NCBI GenBank assembly: GCA_016618085.1
Contig: JABLTG010000120.1
Location: 44,277-64,276 of the forward strand
Origin: Neovahlkampfia damariscottae
Lineage: Eukaryota
Reading direction: 5' to 3'
Length of the DNA: 20,000 nucleotides
The position numbers and the translations under genes were made by a program. Within the stretch, counting starts at the first letter, position 1; every line of letters begins with the position of its first letter. Shown here in pieces: positions 1 to 12,500 of the stretch. The notes beneath the pieces are model-generated. The model had not been told where the DNA came from, did not search any database, and saw only the letters and a list, made by a program, of their open reading frames with translations.

Positions 1-159
1 CATTGTAGTTATTTTGGTGATTTAACAAGAGTTGATAGCAATGAAATATTTGATATAAAGAGTATTGTGGAGAACAATGGAAATGGAACTTTACTTGTCG
101 ATCATTTATTAATAGAATTATCTTTTCGACTTGATTTTAAAGCAAAATATGGAGCTTGA
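1..159 (+). CDS. 3' end of an unidentified protein-coding gene running in from upstream of the window
   Basis: Frame 1 is open from base 1 to TGA at 157-159 (HCSYFGDLTRVDSNEIFDIKSIVENNGNGTLLVDHLLIELSFRLDFKAKYGA*). The other two + frames stop within 25 nt. No recognisable motif. Confidence 0.55.
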   Translation, partial: HCSYFGDLTRVDSNEIFDIKSIVENNGNGTLLVDHLLIELSFRLDFKAKYGA

Positions 160-171
160 TTTAAATGTTTA

Positions 172-528
172 TTAAATAAAATAATTCATTCTGAACAATG
201 AAAAATAGGAAACTTGATTTGCCTTCAATCCTTCACTATAAAATTCCTTTTGTGAATAATTTGTGGTGTTAAATTGAAAATGATATATTGTTTTAAAAGA
301 CCCTTTTTTGGTTGTAATTTCATTTGAAGTGAATTCTAATTGTACAAGAACATAAATGAGCATAAATAATTTTTCTGCTTATTTTTTTTTCACAACACAT
401 TGAGGAAAACTATTAATCCCTAGCCATCCTTGATTTTTTTGTCAATTTTTTTTTTTTACCTGATGAACCATATTTTTCAATTACTTATATGAAATATTGT
501 TATTTCGTAATTCAACAACTTTGTGCAT
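172..528 (-). CDS. Possible small intron-containing hypothetical gene
   Basis: ORF 172-363, plus an upstream intron-like segment (GTAAAAAAAA...TTGAC...CAAG, ~459-429) and an ATG at 528. I could not assemble a clean exon chain. Confidence 0.25.
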
Positions 529-739
529 GTTTTTGAGCAACAACAATTCTTTGTCCACTCAAAGGACAAAATAAAGTCATCTAAAATTTGGTCATTGACC
601 AACTACTAACAACTGTTCAAAACATTTTTTACTGAAAATAATTCCATTGTTTTTTCTGGTCAAAATTTGTAAATGGTTCTAAATCAATTTCATTGGATAA
701 ATCTTCCTCAGTAGAAAAAAAAAACGGTTGTTAAACATC

Positions 740-1891
740 ATGACTGAGTATGAAGAAAACATGCATGATATACATGAATCTGAAGGAAATAAACCATTGC
801 ACATGATAAAACGAAAAATACAACAACTTTGGTTTCCAGTTTTTTCTGCTTTGGTTGTATTTGGAATTTGTTCCATAATTATAGTTATAACACTTCTAAC
901 TTACAGACCTTTAACACCTCAAGCACAATATAATATTGCCATTCTTGGAGCATGGGTAAGTTTTAAAAAAAAAAAAAAAAATTAACTGAGCATTTCTACA
1001 GGGAACAGGAAATTCAAAACAACAAACAGTTGCTAAATTATTAAATTCAACAGATCCACTTGATTTTATTATTTCTACAGGAGACAATTTCTTTCCAAAT
1101 GGCATCAAAAACACAACAGATAGTTTAATTTCCACTTTATGGAATCAAGTATACAATGGAGCACCACCATTAAGTTTAGTACCTTGGTATCTTGTATTAG
1201 GACCTATAGATTGGAGAATAAACCCATCTGCTCAAACAAAAATTCCACTTGAAAATTGGAATATGCCTGGTTATTTTTTCACACAAGACAGAATTTTTAT
1301 TGGTGGCGAAAGAGCACAATTTATTTTTATAGATACAACAAGATTTAGTGATCAAGATAGAATTGATTATCCTGATACTGTTGGAAAACAATCAAAAGAA
1401 GATATAATAAACGCATTAGAAGCACTTCTTTCAAGATATCAGACACAATATCGTTGGAGATTTGTTGTTGGCCATCATAACATGTATGGAAGTGGTCCAA
1501 GTGGAGATTGGGTAATATAAAAAAAAAAAATAATTTTTTTTTTTAGGGTCACAAAAACATGACACAAATCGAAGATTTGTTCAAAAAATACGATGTTGAT
1601 GGTTATTTCTCTGGACAAGATGGTGTTTTACAAGTACTTGAAGACAGATTTCCAGCGAATAATAGAAGTTTAAGTTATTTCGTTTCTGGAGCAGGAGGTG
1701 ATTTTTTTAATGGAAATCTTACAGCAAATCCAAAGAATATTTTTGTTAAAGAACCAAAACAAGAAGGTTTCTTATTACAAACATTAACAGTAAACGAATT
1801 GAAAACAAAAGTCATTGGAAGAGATGGAAGTGTTGCTTTTGAATACAATTGTGTCAAAACAAGTAATATTGGTGTTTCACAATGTGGTTAA
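740..1891 (+). CDS. Purple/tartrate-resistant acid phosphatase (ACP5/PAP-like metallophosphoesterase) homolog with N-terminal membrane anchor; probably catalytically inactive
   Basis: Exons 740-955, 1002-1511, 1547-1891 (GT-AG introns 956-1001, 1512-1546) give 356 aa in frame. Motif blocks match PAP order: GAWG (GDWG), TGDNFF (GDNFY), PWYLVLGPIDW (PWYxxLGNHD), FIFIDT, WRFVVGHH, YFSGQDG (GHDH), YFVSGAGG. Hydrophobic TM segment LWFPVFSALVVFGICSIIIVITLL. Confidence 0.85.
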
Positions 1892-1902
1892 CAAAATAAA
1901 TT

Positions 1903-4900
1903 TTATTCAGTTTTTTGACTTCTTCCTTTCGCAATTGGCATTTTACGTGTTGATTCTTCAATTTCATCTTTGTAAATATGTGGTGCTATTTCAATCAACC
2001 ATTTTGGATCAATTTCAATTACTTGTCTCATAAATTCTTTACTTGTAAATGCTAATTGATAGTAAATAACCCACTTTGGTAGTAATTCAAATAATGCTGA
2101 ATTTGGATGCATATTAACAGTTTGTGGTTTATGATAAGTTTTGTATTGTCCACTTTTTTGTAAAATTGCAGTGTTGTAAAAAAAACCAGCTGTTATTGCT
2201 TTTCTGATTTTGACATCATCCATTGGTGAGGATTGTAATTGAACTTCAACTCTTTCCATTAAACCAATCAATTGATCTCTAATATCTTTTGCTCTTTTCA
2301 TTGATTTTGGTTGAATGAAATTCTGATTACACCAATTAGTACTATAATCCATTGATGACCATTCATTGTAAATATGCATTAATGTTAAATGATCACCACC
2401 TGGTTGAAATAAATTTTTTCTTGCATTGTCTGCATGGACAGCTTTATCTTTTGGACGAAAAAAAATAGCATTATTGACTGATAACATTGCACAAATAGTT
2501 GCAATTTCTTCTGAGCATTCATATTTTTCGGATGCCAATAACATTTTTGATAACATTGGATCAATTGGAAGTTCAGCCATTCTTCTCCCTAATTTTGTTA
2601 ATTCACCTTTATCATTCAAAGCACCCAAAGCATATAAATGTTCAAGAGCTGCAATTAAAGTTTCAACTGGTGGAGGATCCATGAAATCAAAATTTATCAA
2701 ATCATTAATACCTAAACTTTTTAGCATTAGAACGACATTGGCTAAATTTGTTCTTTGAATTTCTGGAACAAAATTTTCTTCCAATTCATTTTGATATGAC
2801 CAAGATGTATATAATCTAAAACATTTTCCAGCTTGAGTTCTTCCACTACGACCTGATCTTTGATTCGCTGCTGCTTTTGAAATTGGAACAACAACTAAAC
2901 TTTCCATTCCAGTTCTTGGATTGTAAGATGTTTGTTTACAATATCCACAATCTATGACATAAATGATGTCAGGAATAGTTAGAGATGTCTCTGCGATGTT
3001 TGTGGCCAATACAACTTTTCTTGCTCCTTTTGGTGTTTTTTCAAATATCTTAACTTGCATATCAGATGGTAATGTTGAGTAAATTGGACAAATTCTCAAT
3101 TCCTTCATTTTACTTCCAGCTCCTTTTGTTTTTTCAATAAGCATTTCTTCAGCTGTTTCAATTTCTTCTTGACCTGTCAAAAAAACTAAAATGTCACCAT
3201 CTGGTTGTGTCATGTGTGTGTGAAGCACTGTAACAACTGCAGCTTCAAGATAATTTGATTCTGGAGCTTTTGTATACAAAATATCAACTGGAAACTTTCT
3301 ACCAGGAACATAATAAGTTGGTGCTTGATCAAAATAATCAGACATTTTCTTTGCTTCTAAAGTGGCACTTGCAATGATAATTTTAATATCTGGACGAAAT
3401 CTAGCTACATCTTTGACTAAACCAAATAATATATCAGTATGTAACGATCTTTCATGTGCTTCATCAATTATAATGACACTATAACTTGCCATATCAGGTT
3501 CACCTAAAAATTCACGAAGCATCATACCATCAGTCATAAATTTAATTACAGTTTTATCAGTTGTACAATCTTCAAATCTAATTGAATAACCAACTTCATT
3601 CCCTAATTTGACGCTTGCTTCTTTTGCAACTCTAGCAGCAACAGACATAGCAGCTACACGTCTAGGTTGTGTACAACCAATTTTCTTTCCATTTTTACAA
3701 TAACCTGCATCTCTTAGGTATTGTACGACCTGAGTACTCTTACCAGAACCTGTTTCACCAACAAGTATCAAAATTTGATATTCATGAATCGCTTGCAATA
3801 AAGTTTCTTTGTGTTCATAAATTGGCAACGTTTTACGGATTTCACTCAGAGACATTTCTGTTGATTGTTCTTTTTTCATTTGTAATGATGAATCAGGTAT
3901 TTTATCACCTTTCATCGTTTCAGTTGCAACAAATTCAATTTCTGGGTCTAACACAAACTCATAATGCTTACCGTCTCTTTGAGCATTTTGGTTTTCAAAA
4001 TAATTTAATTTTGAAGATTGAAGTTGAGTTTTTTCCCATTGTTGATTTTCAGAAACTCTTTCTTTTTCAACAAATTTTTTTTTCAAAACTGAAAATCGAT
4101 CCTTTTGATTGGCTTTATTTAACTCTTCATCATAATATGATTGTGGCATTTCATACTTTTCTTTTGGTTCATTTTGTTCACTTTTAATTTTTTTTCGGAC
4201 TGCCAATGCTTCTTCTTGTATCCTTAATCTTTGTTTTTGTTTTTCAGATAAATGTTTCATTTCTCTTAGTTCTTGAACTTCTTGTTCCAAGACTTCCATT
4301 TGAAATTGTTCTCTATCACCTAAATATTTAAATCTTGAATCTAATCTCTTCTTTTCTAATGCTTCTTCTTTTGAATCTTTTGATCTCAAAATTTGTTGAC
4401 GACTTTCTATTTCAGGATCTAATTTTTTTTTATTTTTTCCTTCGTTTTTATATTTATCCAACATTCTATTAGCGAATTCTTCCTTTTCTTTTTGGTCTAA
4501 AATTCTCTCTTGTTCTTTTAATTCTTCTTCAGTTAACACTTTCTGTTTTTTGCTTGTATTTTCATTTTGTTCAATTTCTTCAGTCTCTTCTGATTCTTCT
4601 TCTTTTTGTCTTAATTTTCTTTTTTTTTTCTTTTTTTTCTTTTCTTCTGAGTCTTCTTCTTCCATTGATATCAATTCAAAAGATTCATTTTTTCTTAATA
4701 AATCAACAGTTTCTCTTTCTCTATCGTTTTTTATTTTTTTTGTTGTTTTTCTTGGTATCCTTGATAAAAGGTCCTCAGCAAAATTTCTAGTTTTTGAGTT
4801 ATTTGGGATTGAAACAGTTTCTAATTTTGTTATGAAAGTAGAAACGTCTTCTTCTGCAGACACATGATTTTTTGCAAGTGATATAATGTATTGTTCAATA

Positions 4901-4968
4901 TTACTCTCTGAGTAACCTAGAATATCATATAATTGATCAGCTACCCAACCAGTTAGTTTTGAACTCAT
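1903..4968 (-). CDS. DHX16: Pre-mRNA splicing DEAH-box helicase DHX16/Prp2
   Basis: Intronless, ~1021 aa from ATG 4968 ([21 protein letters not shown], typical DHX16 N-terminus). Motifs [62 protein letters not shown], then HA2/OB regions. Confidence 0.93.
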   Translation of the reverse strand: MSSKLTGWVADQLYDILGYSESNIEQYIISLAKNHVSAEEDVSTFITKLETVSIPNNSKTRNFAEDLLSRIPRKTTKKIKNDRERETVDLLRKNESFELISMEEEDSEEKKKKKKKRKLRQKEEESEETEEIEQNENTSKKQKVLTEEELKEQERILDQKEKEEFANRMLDKYKNEGKNKKKLDPEIESRQQILRSKDSKEEALEKKRLDSRFKYLGDREQFQMEVLEQEVQELREMKHLSEKQKQRLRIQEEALAVRKKIKSEQNEPKEKYEMPQSYYDEELNKANQKDRFSVLKKKFVEKERVSENQQWEKTQLQSSKLNYFENQNAQRDGKHYEFVLDPEIEFVATETMKGDKIPDSSLQMKKEQSTEMSLSEIRKTLPIYEHKETLLQAIHEYQILILVGETGSGKSTQVVQYLRDAGYCKNGKKIGCTQPRRVAAMSVAARVAKEASVKLGNEVGYSIRFEDCTTDKTVIKFMTDGMMLREFLGEPDMASYSVIIIDEAHERSLHTDILFGLVKDVARFRPDIKIIIASATLEAKKMSDYFDQAPTYYVPGRKFPVDILYTKAPESNYLEAAVVTVLHTHMTQPDGDILVFLTGQEEIETAEEMLIEKTKGAGSKMKELRICPIYSTLPSDMQVKIFEKTPKGARKVVLATNIAETSLTIPDIIYVIDCGYCKQTSYNPRTGMESLVVVPISKAAANQRSGRSGRTQAGKCFRLYTSWSYQNELEENFVPEIQRTNLANVVLMLKSLGINDLINFDFMDPPPVETLIAALEHLYALGALNDKGELTKLGRRMAELPIDPMLSKMLLASEKYECSEEIATICAMLSVNNAIFFRPKDKAVHADNARKNLFQPGGDHLTLMHIYNEWSSMDYSTNWCNQNFIQPKSMKRAKDIRDQLIGLMERVEVQLQSSPMDDVKIRKAITAGFFYNTAILQKSGQYKTYHKPQTVNMHPNSALFELLPKWVIYYQLAFTSKEFMRQVIEIDPKWLIEIAPHIYKDEIEESTRKMPIAKGRSQKTE

Positions 4969-5611
4969 TGAAAAAAATGATAATCTGATTGGTTGTTGTT
5001 TGTTCGTAAACTTTGATTGATTCAGTTTAAACTGTGAGTGAATAAAAAGTACAATATCTAGGCAATAGTTCAAGATGGAAAAAATCACAAAAACAATTAA
5101 TACAACATAAAACTGATAAAAGGTTTGTTTGTGAAAATCTTTATATTTTATTAATTTTAAAGGCAATTTGTTCAGAGTAGAGTTCAAAACAGATAACTGT
5201 TTTGAGTTCACTAATAGCAATGTAGAATATAAAAGAAATGTGAACCAGAAGTAATGAAACGCGACTTAAAAAAACTCCAGTTGACTGGCTTCATCAACCA
5301 CAAAACAGAAGGTCAAAATTCATCTCCGTTTTCGTATTTACTCAACAAGGACAAGAGAGCCATAGAAAACTCCGAAAAATTTGAAAAATTAAGAAATTTG
5401 TTGAGGTTTTGTCCTCAAAGTAGATCCCGATAAATTTCTGACAACTCCAACGGAAAGAGGCATAAAAATATACTGAAAACCAAACTTCAAAAGTTCAAAA
5501 TTAAACTATTTTTAATTTAAAATTGAACAATCAATTTGAATTTTCCCGTAAACTATAAATACCAACCAATCGGATTTTTTTCCTCCAACCAAAAAATTTT
5601 GAAGACATTAA

Positions 5612-7681
5612 ATGGCCAAATCAAAAACAAAAGAAGACGGTAAAGAAAAGGAAGTTCCTGATCCAAATGAACCAAAAGTACCGTTCTATGATCCAACTTT
5701 CTTTTACATCATTGGTTTGGAATGGGTGACCTTTACATTAGGTTTCATCTTTTTTTGTTTAAATGGATCGTAAGTTAACTATTCGTATGACTAAAAAAAC
5801 TCCTTAGAATGCCAGTAAAATTTAAAAAAACTTATTTCTTTTAGATTTTGTTTTACTTATTCTTGGGTGATTTAATCACAGGTTTTGCTGATCCAACTGT
5901 AGATATTGTTCAAGTGACATCAAAATGTAAAAAAAAAAAAAAAAGAAATTAATAATTAATAGATGCTGGTTTTATGGCTATTATTGCTGCAATAAGTGCT
6001 GTTGTCTCTTTTGGTTCACAATTTTTTTCGTAAGAATTTTTTAACACAAAATTTATTTCTTTATTAGTTCTTTAGCTTATGAAAGAATAGGAAGTAAATT
6101 AAGAGACGCTTATTTCACCTCATTGATGACCCAAGAAATTGGTTATTTTGACAGAAAAAAATCTGGAAAATTATTAACTCAATTATCAGAGGATATTTTA
6201 TTGATTCAAGAGATTTTTGGAACAAAAGTACCAACATCAGGTCAATTTCTTTGTCAAGGAGTATTTGGTATCATTATGGCTTTTGCTTCATCTTGGAGAA
6301 TGTCTTTATTAATGTTAGCAACTGCTCCAATTATGGGTGGTTCAATTATAATCTCAGCAGGTTTACAACAATGGTTTCAAAAGAAAATGTTGGACACAAG
6401 TGGAATTGCTGTTCAAAATGCAACTGTAAAAAAAAAAAAAACATTTACATTTCTTATTAGGAAGTTATTGGTAGCATTAGAACAGTACGTTCAATGGCAG
6501 GTGAAGAAAAAGAACTCAACAAATTTACAAGAAATTTAACCTCAATGAATTTAATTGGATACTTACAATCTGTAACACAAGGAATTTCACAAGGAACTGT
6601 TCAATTAGCTATTTGGTGCAGTGTAGCAGCTGCATTTTGGTATGGTGGTTATCTTGTTTCAATTTCAGTTATTCAAGTTGGAGATATGATGAAAGTGTTT
6701 GGAATGATGTTAATGAGTGTACTTGGATTCTCAATGTTTCTTGGTGTATTTCAAGATTTAGGAAAAGCAAAAGAAGCAATTCGTAAAATTGTGACAGTTG
6801 TTAAAAGAAAACCAATGATTAAATTCGCAGGAGGTACTTATCCAAATGAAGATTTAAAAGGTAATATTGAATTCAAAAATGTGAATTTTGCATACCCAAC
6901 AAGACCTGATACAAAAGTCATGAAAGATTTTAATTTGAATATTTCACCAGGAGAACAAGTTGCTTTAGTTGGACCATCTGGTTCAGGTAAGAGTACTACT
7001 GTTGCATTGTTGGAGAAATTTTATGAACCTGATTCTGGTGAAATTATCATTGATGGATATAAATTATCAAAACTTGCACCTGAATATTTACATAAACAAG
7101 TAGGTATTGTAACACAAGAACCTGTTCTTTTTGCAATGTCAATTAGAGATAATATTTTATACTCAGTTGATAAGAAAAATGTAACAGAAGATGATATCAT
7201 TCAAGCAGCAATTAAAGCAAATGCACATGATTTTATTATGGAATTACCAAAGAAATACGATACAATGATTGGTGAAAGAGGTGTTTCTGTATCTGGTGGT
7301 CAAAAACAACGTATTGCGATTGCAAGAGCTGTTTTACAAAACCCAAATATTCTTCTTTTAGATGAAGCCACATCAGCACTTGATTCAGAAGCTGAACATG
7401 TGGTACAAGATGCTTTAAATAAATTAATGGAAGGAAGAACAACTATTATCATTGCTCATCGTTTGACAACTATTCAAGATGTTGATAAAATTGTTGTTAT
7501 AGAATATGGTGAAATTAAAGAAATTGGATCTCATGAAGAATTATTGAAAATTAAAAATGGAGTTTATCATAAATTGGCAAGTCGTCAAATGATGTATAAT
7601 AACAAAATTGAAGAACAAGATAAAGGATTGGTTGATGTCAAAGAACAAGAAATTTCTCCAGAAGTAGAAGTTTCAAATTAA
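5612..7681 (+). CDS. Half-size ABCB (MDR/TAP-family) ABC transporter, TMD-NBD
   Basis: Exons 5612-5769, 5808-5814, 5845-5926, 5963-6029, 6068-6425, 6461-7681 give 630 aa in frame. TMD motifs QEIGYFD and EVIGSIRTVRS; Walker A GPSGSGKST; Q-loop VTQEP; signature VSGGQKQR; Walker B LLLDEATSALD; H-loop IAHRL. Confidence 0.92.
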
Positions 7682-7759
7682 TCCGAAACAATAAATTTTT
7701 ACCGATTCAAGTTTGTTTTTTTATCCAATCATTTGCACTTTTCTGTTCGGAATAACTTG

Positions 7760-9593
7760 ATGTTTGTTAAAATTATAGTCGCTTTGATAGTGATACTACT
7801 GGCAGTTTTAGCACGTGTATATATTACAGATGTCTTGATTTTTGACTATAGATTTCATTATTTTTACTTTTTGTTTTTTGAAGCTCCTTTAAAACTTTTA
7901 CCATCTTATGATTTTATTGTTGTTGGAGGTGGAACTGCTGGTGCTTTATTAGCATCTAGGTTATCTGAAAATCCAAAGCACAATGTTTTATTGTTAGAAG
8001 CAGGTCCAATGGATCATTCGCTTGTGTTAAAACCTTCTTTGTTGGTACCTGGAGCATGCATTCATGGTGCTGGTGTAAACTCTATTGTAGATTGGCATTA
8101 CAAAACAAAGGACAATGACCTTTCAATGAAAAGTTTGCACAGATTATATCCAAGAGGAAAAGTACTTGGAGGTTCAGCTACTATTAACTGGCTTCAGTAA
8201 TGAATATTTTGACATTATTTATCAAAAATTTAGGTATGTAAGAGGACATCAAAAGGATTACAACAATTGGAAAAATCAGGGAAATGATGGTTGGAGTTAC
8301 GAAGAGGTGTTAAAATATTTCAAAAAAAGTGAACACTTTCAAAATGAGACAATGAATGAAAAGTACCATTCCAAGGAAGGATTAATTGGAGTTAGATATC
8401 CTGCACATATTGGTGAAACTGTTCATAGATTTGTCAAAGCAGGTGAAGAATTAGGTTATCCAAAAAATTATGATTATAATGGAGAAAGACAAGAAGGATT
8501 TTCAATCTCTCAACAAACAATTTCCGAAGAAGGATATAGATCAACATCAACTCAATATATTAAACAATTTATGAACACACGACCAAATTTACATGTTTCA
8601 ACAATGAGTCATGTAACAAAAATACTTTTGACAAAAGAAAATGTTGCACATGGTGTTGAAATTAAACGTGGTGATGAAATAATCAGTATTAAAGCTGAAA
8701 AAGAAGTAATTATTAGTGCAGGAGCAGTTGCTTCACCTCAACTTTTAATGTTATCAGGAATTGGTCCAAAAGAACATTTGAAGGAGATGGAGATAGAAAC
8801 AAAAGTGGATTCACCAAATGTTGGTCAAAACCTTCAAGATCATCCAATTTTAAGTATGGAATATAACTCAACTTATTATGGATTACGTCAAGATGACTTA
8901 GAATCAACTCATTATATTTTGAAATATTTAATGTTCAAAAATAATTACCTTGGAGGGTCACCAGTTCTTGGGACTGCATTTTTAAATTCATCTATTAATG
9001 AATTTCCATTTCCTGATTTGCAAATTCATTTCTTACCATCAGCAACTCCATGCCGATCATTTAAATCACTTTTTGGTTGGAAAGATGGGCATTGTCAAGT
9101 TGAATCAGCAGATGCACTTGGATTTATTATTGTATTACTTCATGAAAAATCAGTGGGATCTGTAAAATTAAACTCAAAAAATCCAATGGATCACCCAATC
9201 ATCGATTTGAATTTCTTTTCTCATCCAGAAGACAAAAAAAAAATGCTTGAAGGAATTAGAATTGTTCAAAAGTTAGCATCATCTAAACAGTTTGATGAAT
9301 TTAGAGTCGAAATCAAGAAAAATCCAATGAACCCAGAAAAATTTGATTCAGATGAATACTGGAAATGGAATATTGAAAACTATGGAGGTCATTTATTTCA
9401 TGCAGCAGGAACATGTAAAATGGGAAAAAGTATTAATAATTCTGTTGTTGATTCAAGACTTAGAGTTCATGGTGTCAAAAATTTAAGAGTTGTTGATGCA
9501 AGTATAATGCCAACAATAACATCTGGCAATACAATGGCTCCAGTTTACATGATTGCTGAAAAAGCTGCAGATATGCTAAAAGAAGATAATTAA
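7760..9593 (+). CDS. GMC (glucose-methanol-choline) oxidoreductase with N-terminal signal/anchor
   Basis: Exons 7760-8196 and 8234-9593 (intron 8197-8233) give 598 aa. YDFIVVGGGTAG FAD motif, PRGKVLGGSATIN, SAGAVASPQLLMLSGIGP, VGQNLQDH; catalytic His (HAAGTCKMG) and Asn (SGNT) both present. Confidence 0.93.
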
Positions 9594-12500
9594 AGGAAAT
9601 TTAATTTCATTGTTTTTTCAAAATCAATACCAATAGTCAGTAAATCTTCATCTTCTAAACCATTTGTAATGTTCAAAAAAATTTCTTCATTATTTGATCC
9701 AAAATCATTCTTATAGTTGGAAATTAGTTTTGGAATCAAAACTTCAATGACTTCATTCTTGTCATCAATTCCACCTCCTTGAGTTTGAATATTATTCACA
9801 TAAAATAATTTAGCAGATGCTTGTAAATCATATTCAAAATTTCCATGATTCACAATTGACAAATAAGGAGCAGTAGATTGTGATAATACAAAATGAACTC
9901 GACCATCAGATTTTTGTAATTTGAAGTTAATTCTTGGATCATTATTTTCAAAAGGTTTCTTAATTCCTCCATGTGGTCTTTTATTTGATCTTAGAATTCC
10001 ATGTTTAATGTCATGCAATGAAAACAAAAAAATACCAATTCGATAACAAGTTGTTCTGTAAAATGACAATCTGACTTTTTGATGAATATTCCCATGATAT
10101 ATTTCTAAAACACCATGAATGAATAAACAATTGAAAATGTTGACAAAAAATTGACCTCTTTCTGATTGTTTCAAAATTGAAAGATCAACTTCTTGTAACT
10201 CAGCACATAATTTTAAAAATTTCAAATATTCAGGTGAACCAGAGAATTGTTTATAATCATATTCAGTGGTAAAATAATTTTTACCTGAAATTGGTCCAAA
10301 TTTGTTCAAAACATTTTTGATTTCTTCCATCATTTCCATTGACAAATCACAAGGATGCTTATTTGTCACATTTTTTCTTGACATTGAAATATCAAGATTT
10401 AATACTTTTAAAGGATCATCTGAAGTGAATCTATATAAATTTGGTCCATCATAAAATTGTGATTCAAAAACAACATTGGTTAAAATTTGACCAGACACAA
10501 GAACATTGAAAAAGAAAGTTGCATTTTTTCTAGTTTGAAATATCTTTTTTGATAATATCCAATCAATAGCATCAAATCCAAGGAAACATTTTTCCAAGAC
10601 ATCACCTTTTAAAACTTCTAACATATTTGATGAATCCTTACGTAAAATATGACGAACTCTATTAGAAATTGATACTTCTTTTTTCATTTTTACAAGAATT
10701 TCATCAAGATTTTCAAGTAGTTCTTTGTCATTTTTTATTTCAGAAAAACAATTTCTCAACATTTGAAATGTTGAACCTTCAATGTCATTTTGTGATTCTT
10801 TGAAATCAAATGATGTCATAGATTCATCAATAAGATTTTTAATTTCATCTACTTTGAAAATGGAAGGTTTGAAATATTTTTCGTATAATTCCATATTTTC
10901 ATTGACATCTTTGATTGGTTCATCAATAAATTTTTGATATGTAAGAAATTCTTCTTTCTTTGATAGGAATCTTTTTGTATCAGTTTTTTGATTTACATAA
11001 TCTTCATATAGGTTTATATTTTCATTTGATTTGTCGAAATTAATACCATAAATTTCATTGGTCAAATCTTTTCCTTTTGTGGCCATGTACTCTTTCAAAT
11101 TGTCATTCATTTCTTCTTCATCAAGTAAGAATGGTTTAAACATCAAGTTTTCACTTCTAAAATTAATAAATATCGAAAAAATTACTTCTTGCCAACGTTA
11201 TTTTGAAATTGGTTTTTCCATGAATCTTTTGACAGTATCTCATCAGTTAGGAATGAATCCAAGATGTATTGATTATAAGTCTCTTCAAAAAATGTTTGTC
11301 TTGGACTTTGTATTGATTTCAAAATTTTATCAGTGACATGTGTGTTGTCTTGTGATTTGATGATATTCAATGGATTAACCTCAATTGACATTCTGGAAAC
11401 AGGTCGATCCAAAGGGTTCATGATAGATTTGAAATCATTATTTAACTCAGTCATTTCAGTTGTATGCAAATAATAATCTGAATCCAAATTCCAGAGTTTT
11501 TCTTTTTCTTTTGATGGAACATAATTTCCTAACAACAAATTGATTGCATTTTGCTTATTTTCATCTTTAAAATTATTACTTCAAAAGTTAATTTAAATGA
11601 ATTAATACCTGTAGTATCTTGTTACATTAGTTATGACATCTTTTAAACCACCTCTATTGTGAATGCCTGCTGATACCATTTGACTTCCTCCATATTGCAT
11701 TGCTAAAAAATTAAACAATTATTTTTCAAAGTTACAGATTCTATCACCTAATTCTTGATATAATTCATTTAAGGTAGCTGTGAATCTTTCAATATCAACA
11801 TCATTTGGATCATTAATTAGATTCAAAGCGTGAAGCTAAATTAGGAAAAAATTAGAAAAAAATAGAGAAAACTTGTTTTGATAAAACATCATTTCCAATG
11901 TAAAATTGAGCTAAATTTGTACGATCTAAGCAATCAATGCAATTTGTTCTCAGAATTCCTTTTTGTAAATTGTACTTGTTTTTTAATGTTGATGAAAAGA
12001 AATCTGTGGAATCTATTCTTTCAGAGAAATAATCCATATAATCTAAAAATGTTTGTCGACTATTAAAAATTAATTCTTTGTTTTGGAAAAACTTTTCTGA
12101 AAAATGTGCTTTGAAGTCCCATTGAATTAGATCAATTTTTTTTTCTTTTGGTAAATATTTATTCAAGAAATCAATACATTCTTGAAATTTAGACGATAAT
12201 TTTGACTCTCTTGGCTTCTTTTCATGTTGCTATTTTTGGAAAATATAAAAAAAAAATTAACAATTACTTTGATCAAATCCAGGCAGATTACTGGATATCC
12301 ATAACGTGCAAATAATGTATTGAAATGTAATTTTGAAGCATTGAAGACTGGGTCATATTTTCCAACTATAAAAATAATGTTAAAAAAATCTATTAAAAAT
12401 CAACGTTCGATATCAGGTTTTGGTTCAATAGTGTTAATTTTTTGATACCAAAAAATTGGAATAGAACCTCTAATTTGTACATATGAACTGAAATTTCCAT

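Noticed and set aside
2426..4867. + strand ORFs (2426-2758, 2499-2684, 3669-4187, 4550-4867, 4554-4790)
   Set aside because: Antisense shadows of DHX16; their F/S/L-rich content mirrors its K/E codons.
4969..5220. 84-aa N-terminal extension of the 1105-aa DHX16 ORF
   Set aside because: It starts at TTG, has no family resemblance and covers the CCAAT-containing promoter. The conserved N-terminus begins at ATG 4968.
5254..5433. 59-aa + strand ORF (MKRDLKKLQ...) or possible ncRNA in the ~640-bp DHX16/ABCB intergenic region
   Set aside because: No recognisable protein motif, and no U1/U2/U4/U5/U6/U3/SRP/RNase P signature found by eye. Only a short TTGAGG/CCTCAA hairpin. An Infernal search would be needed.
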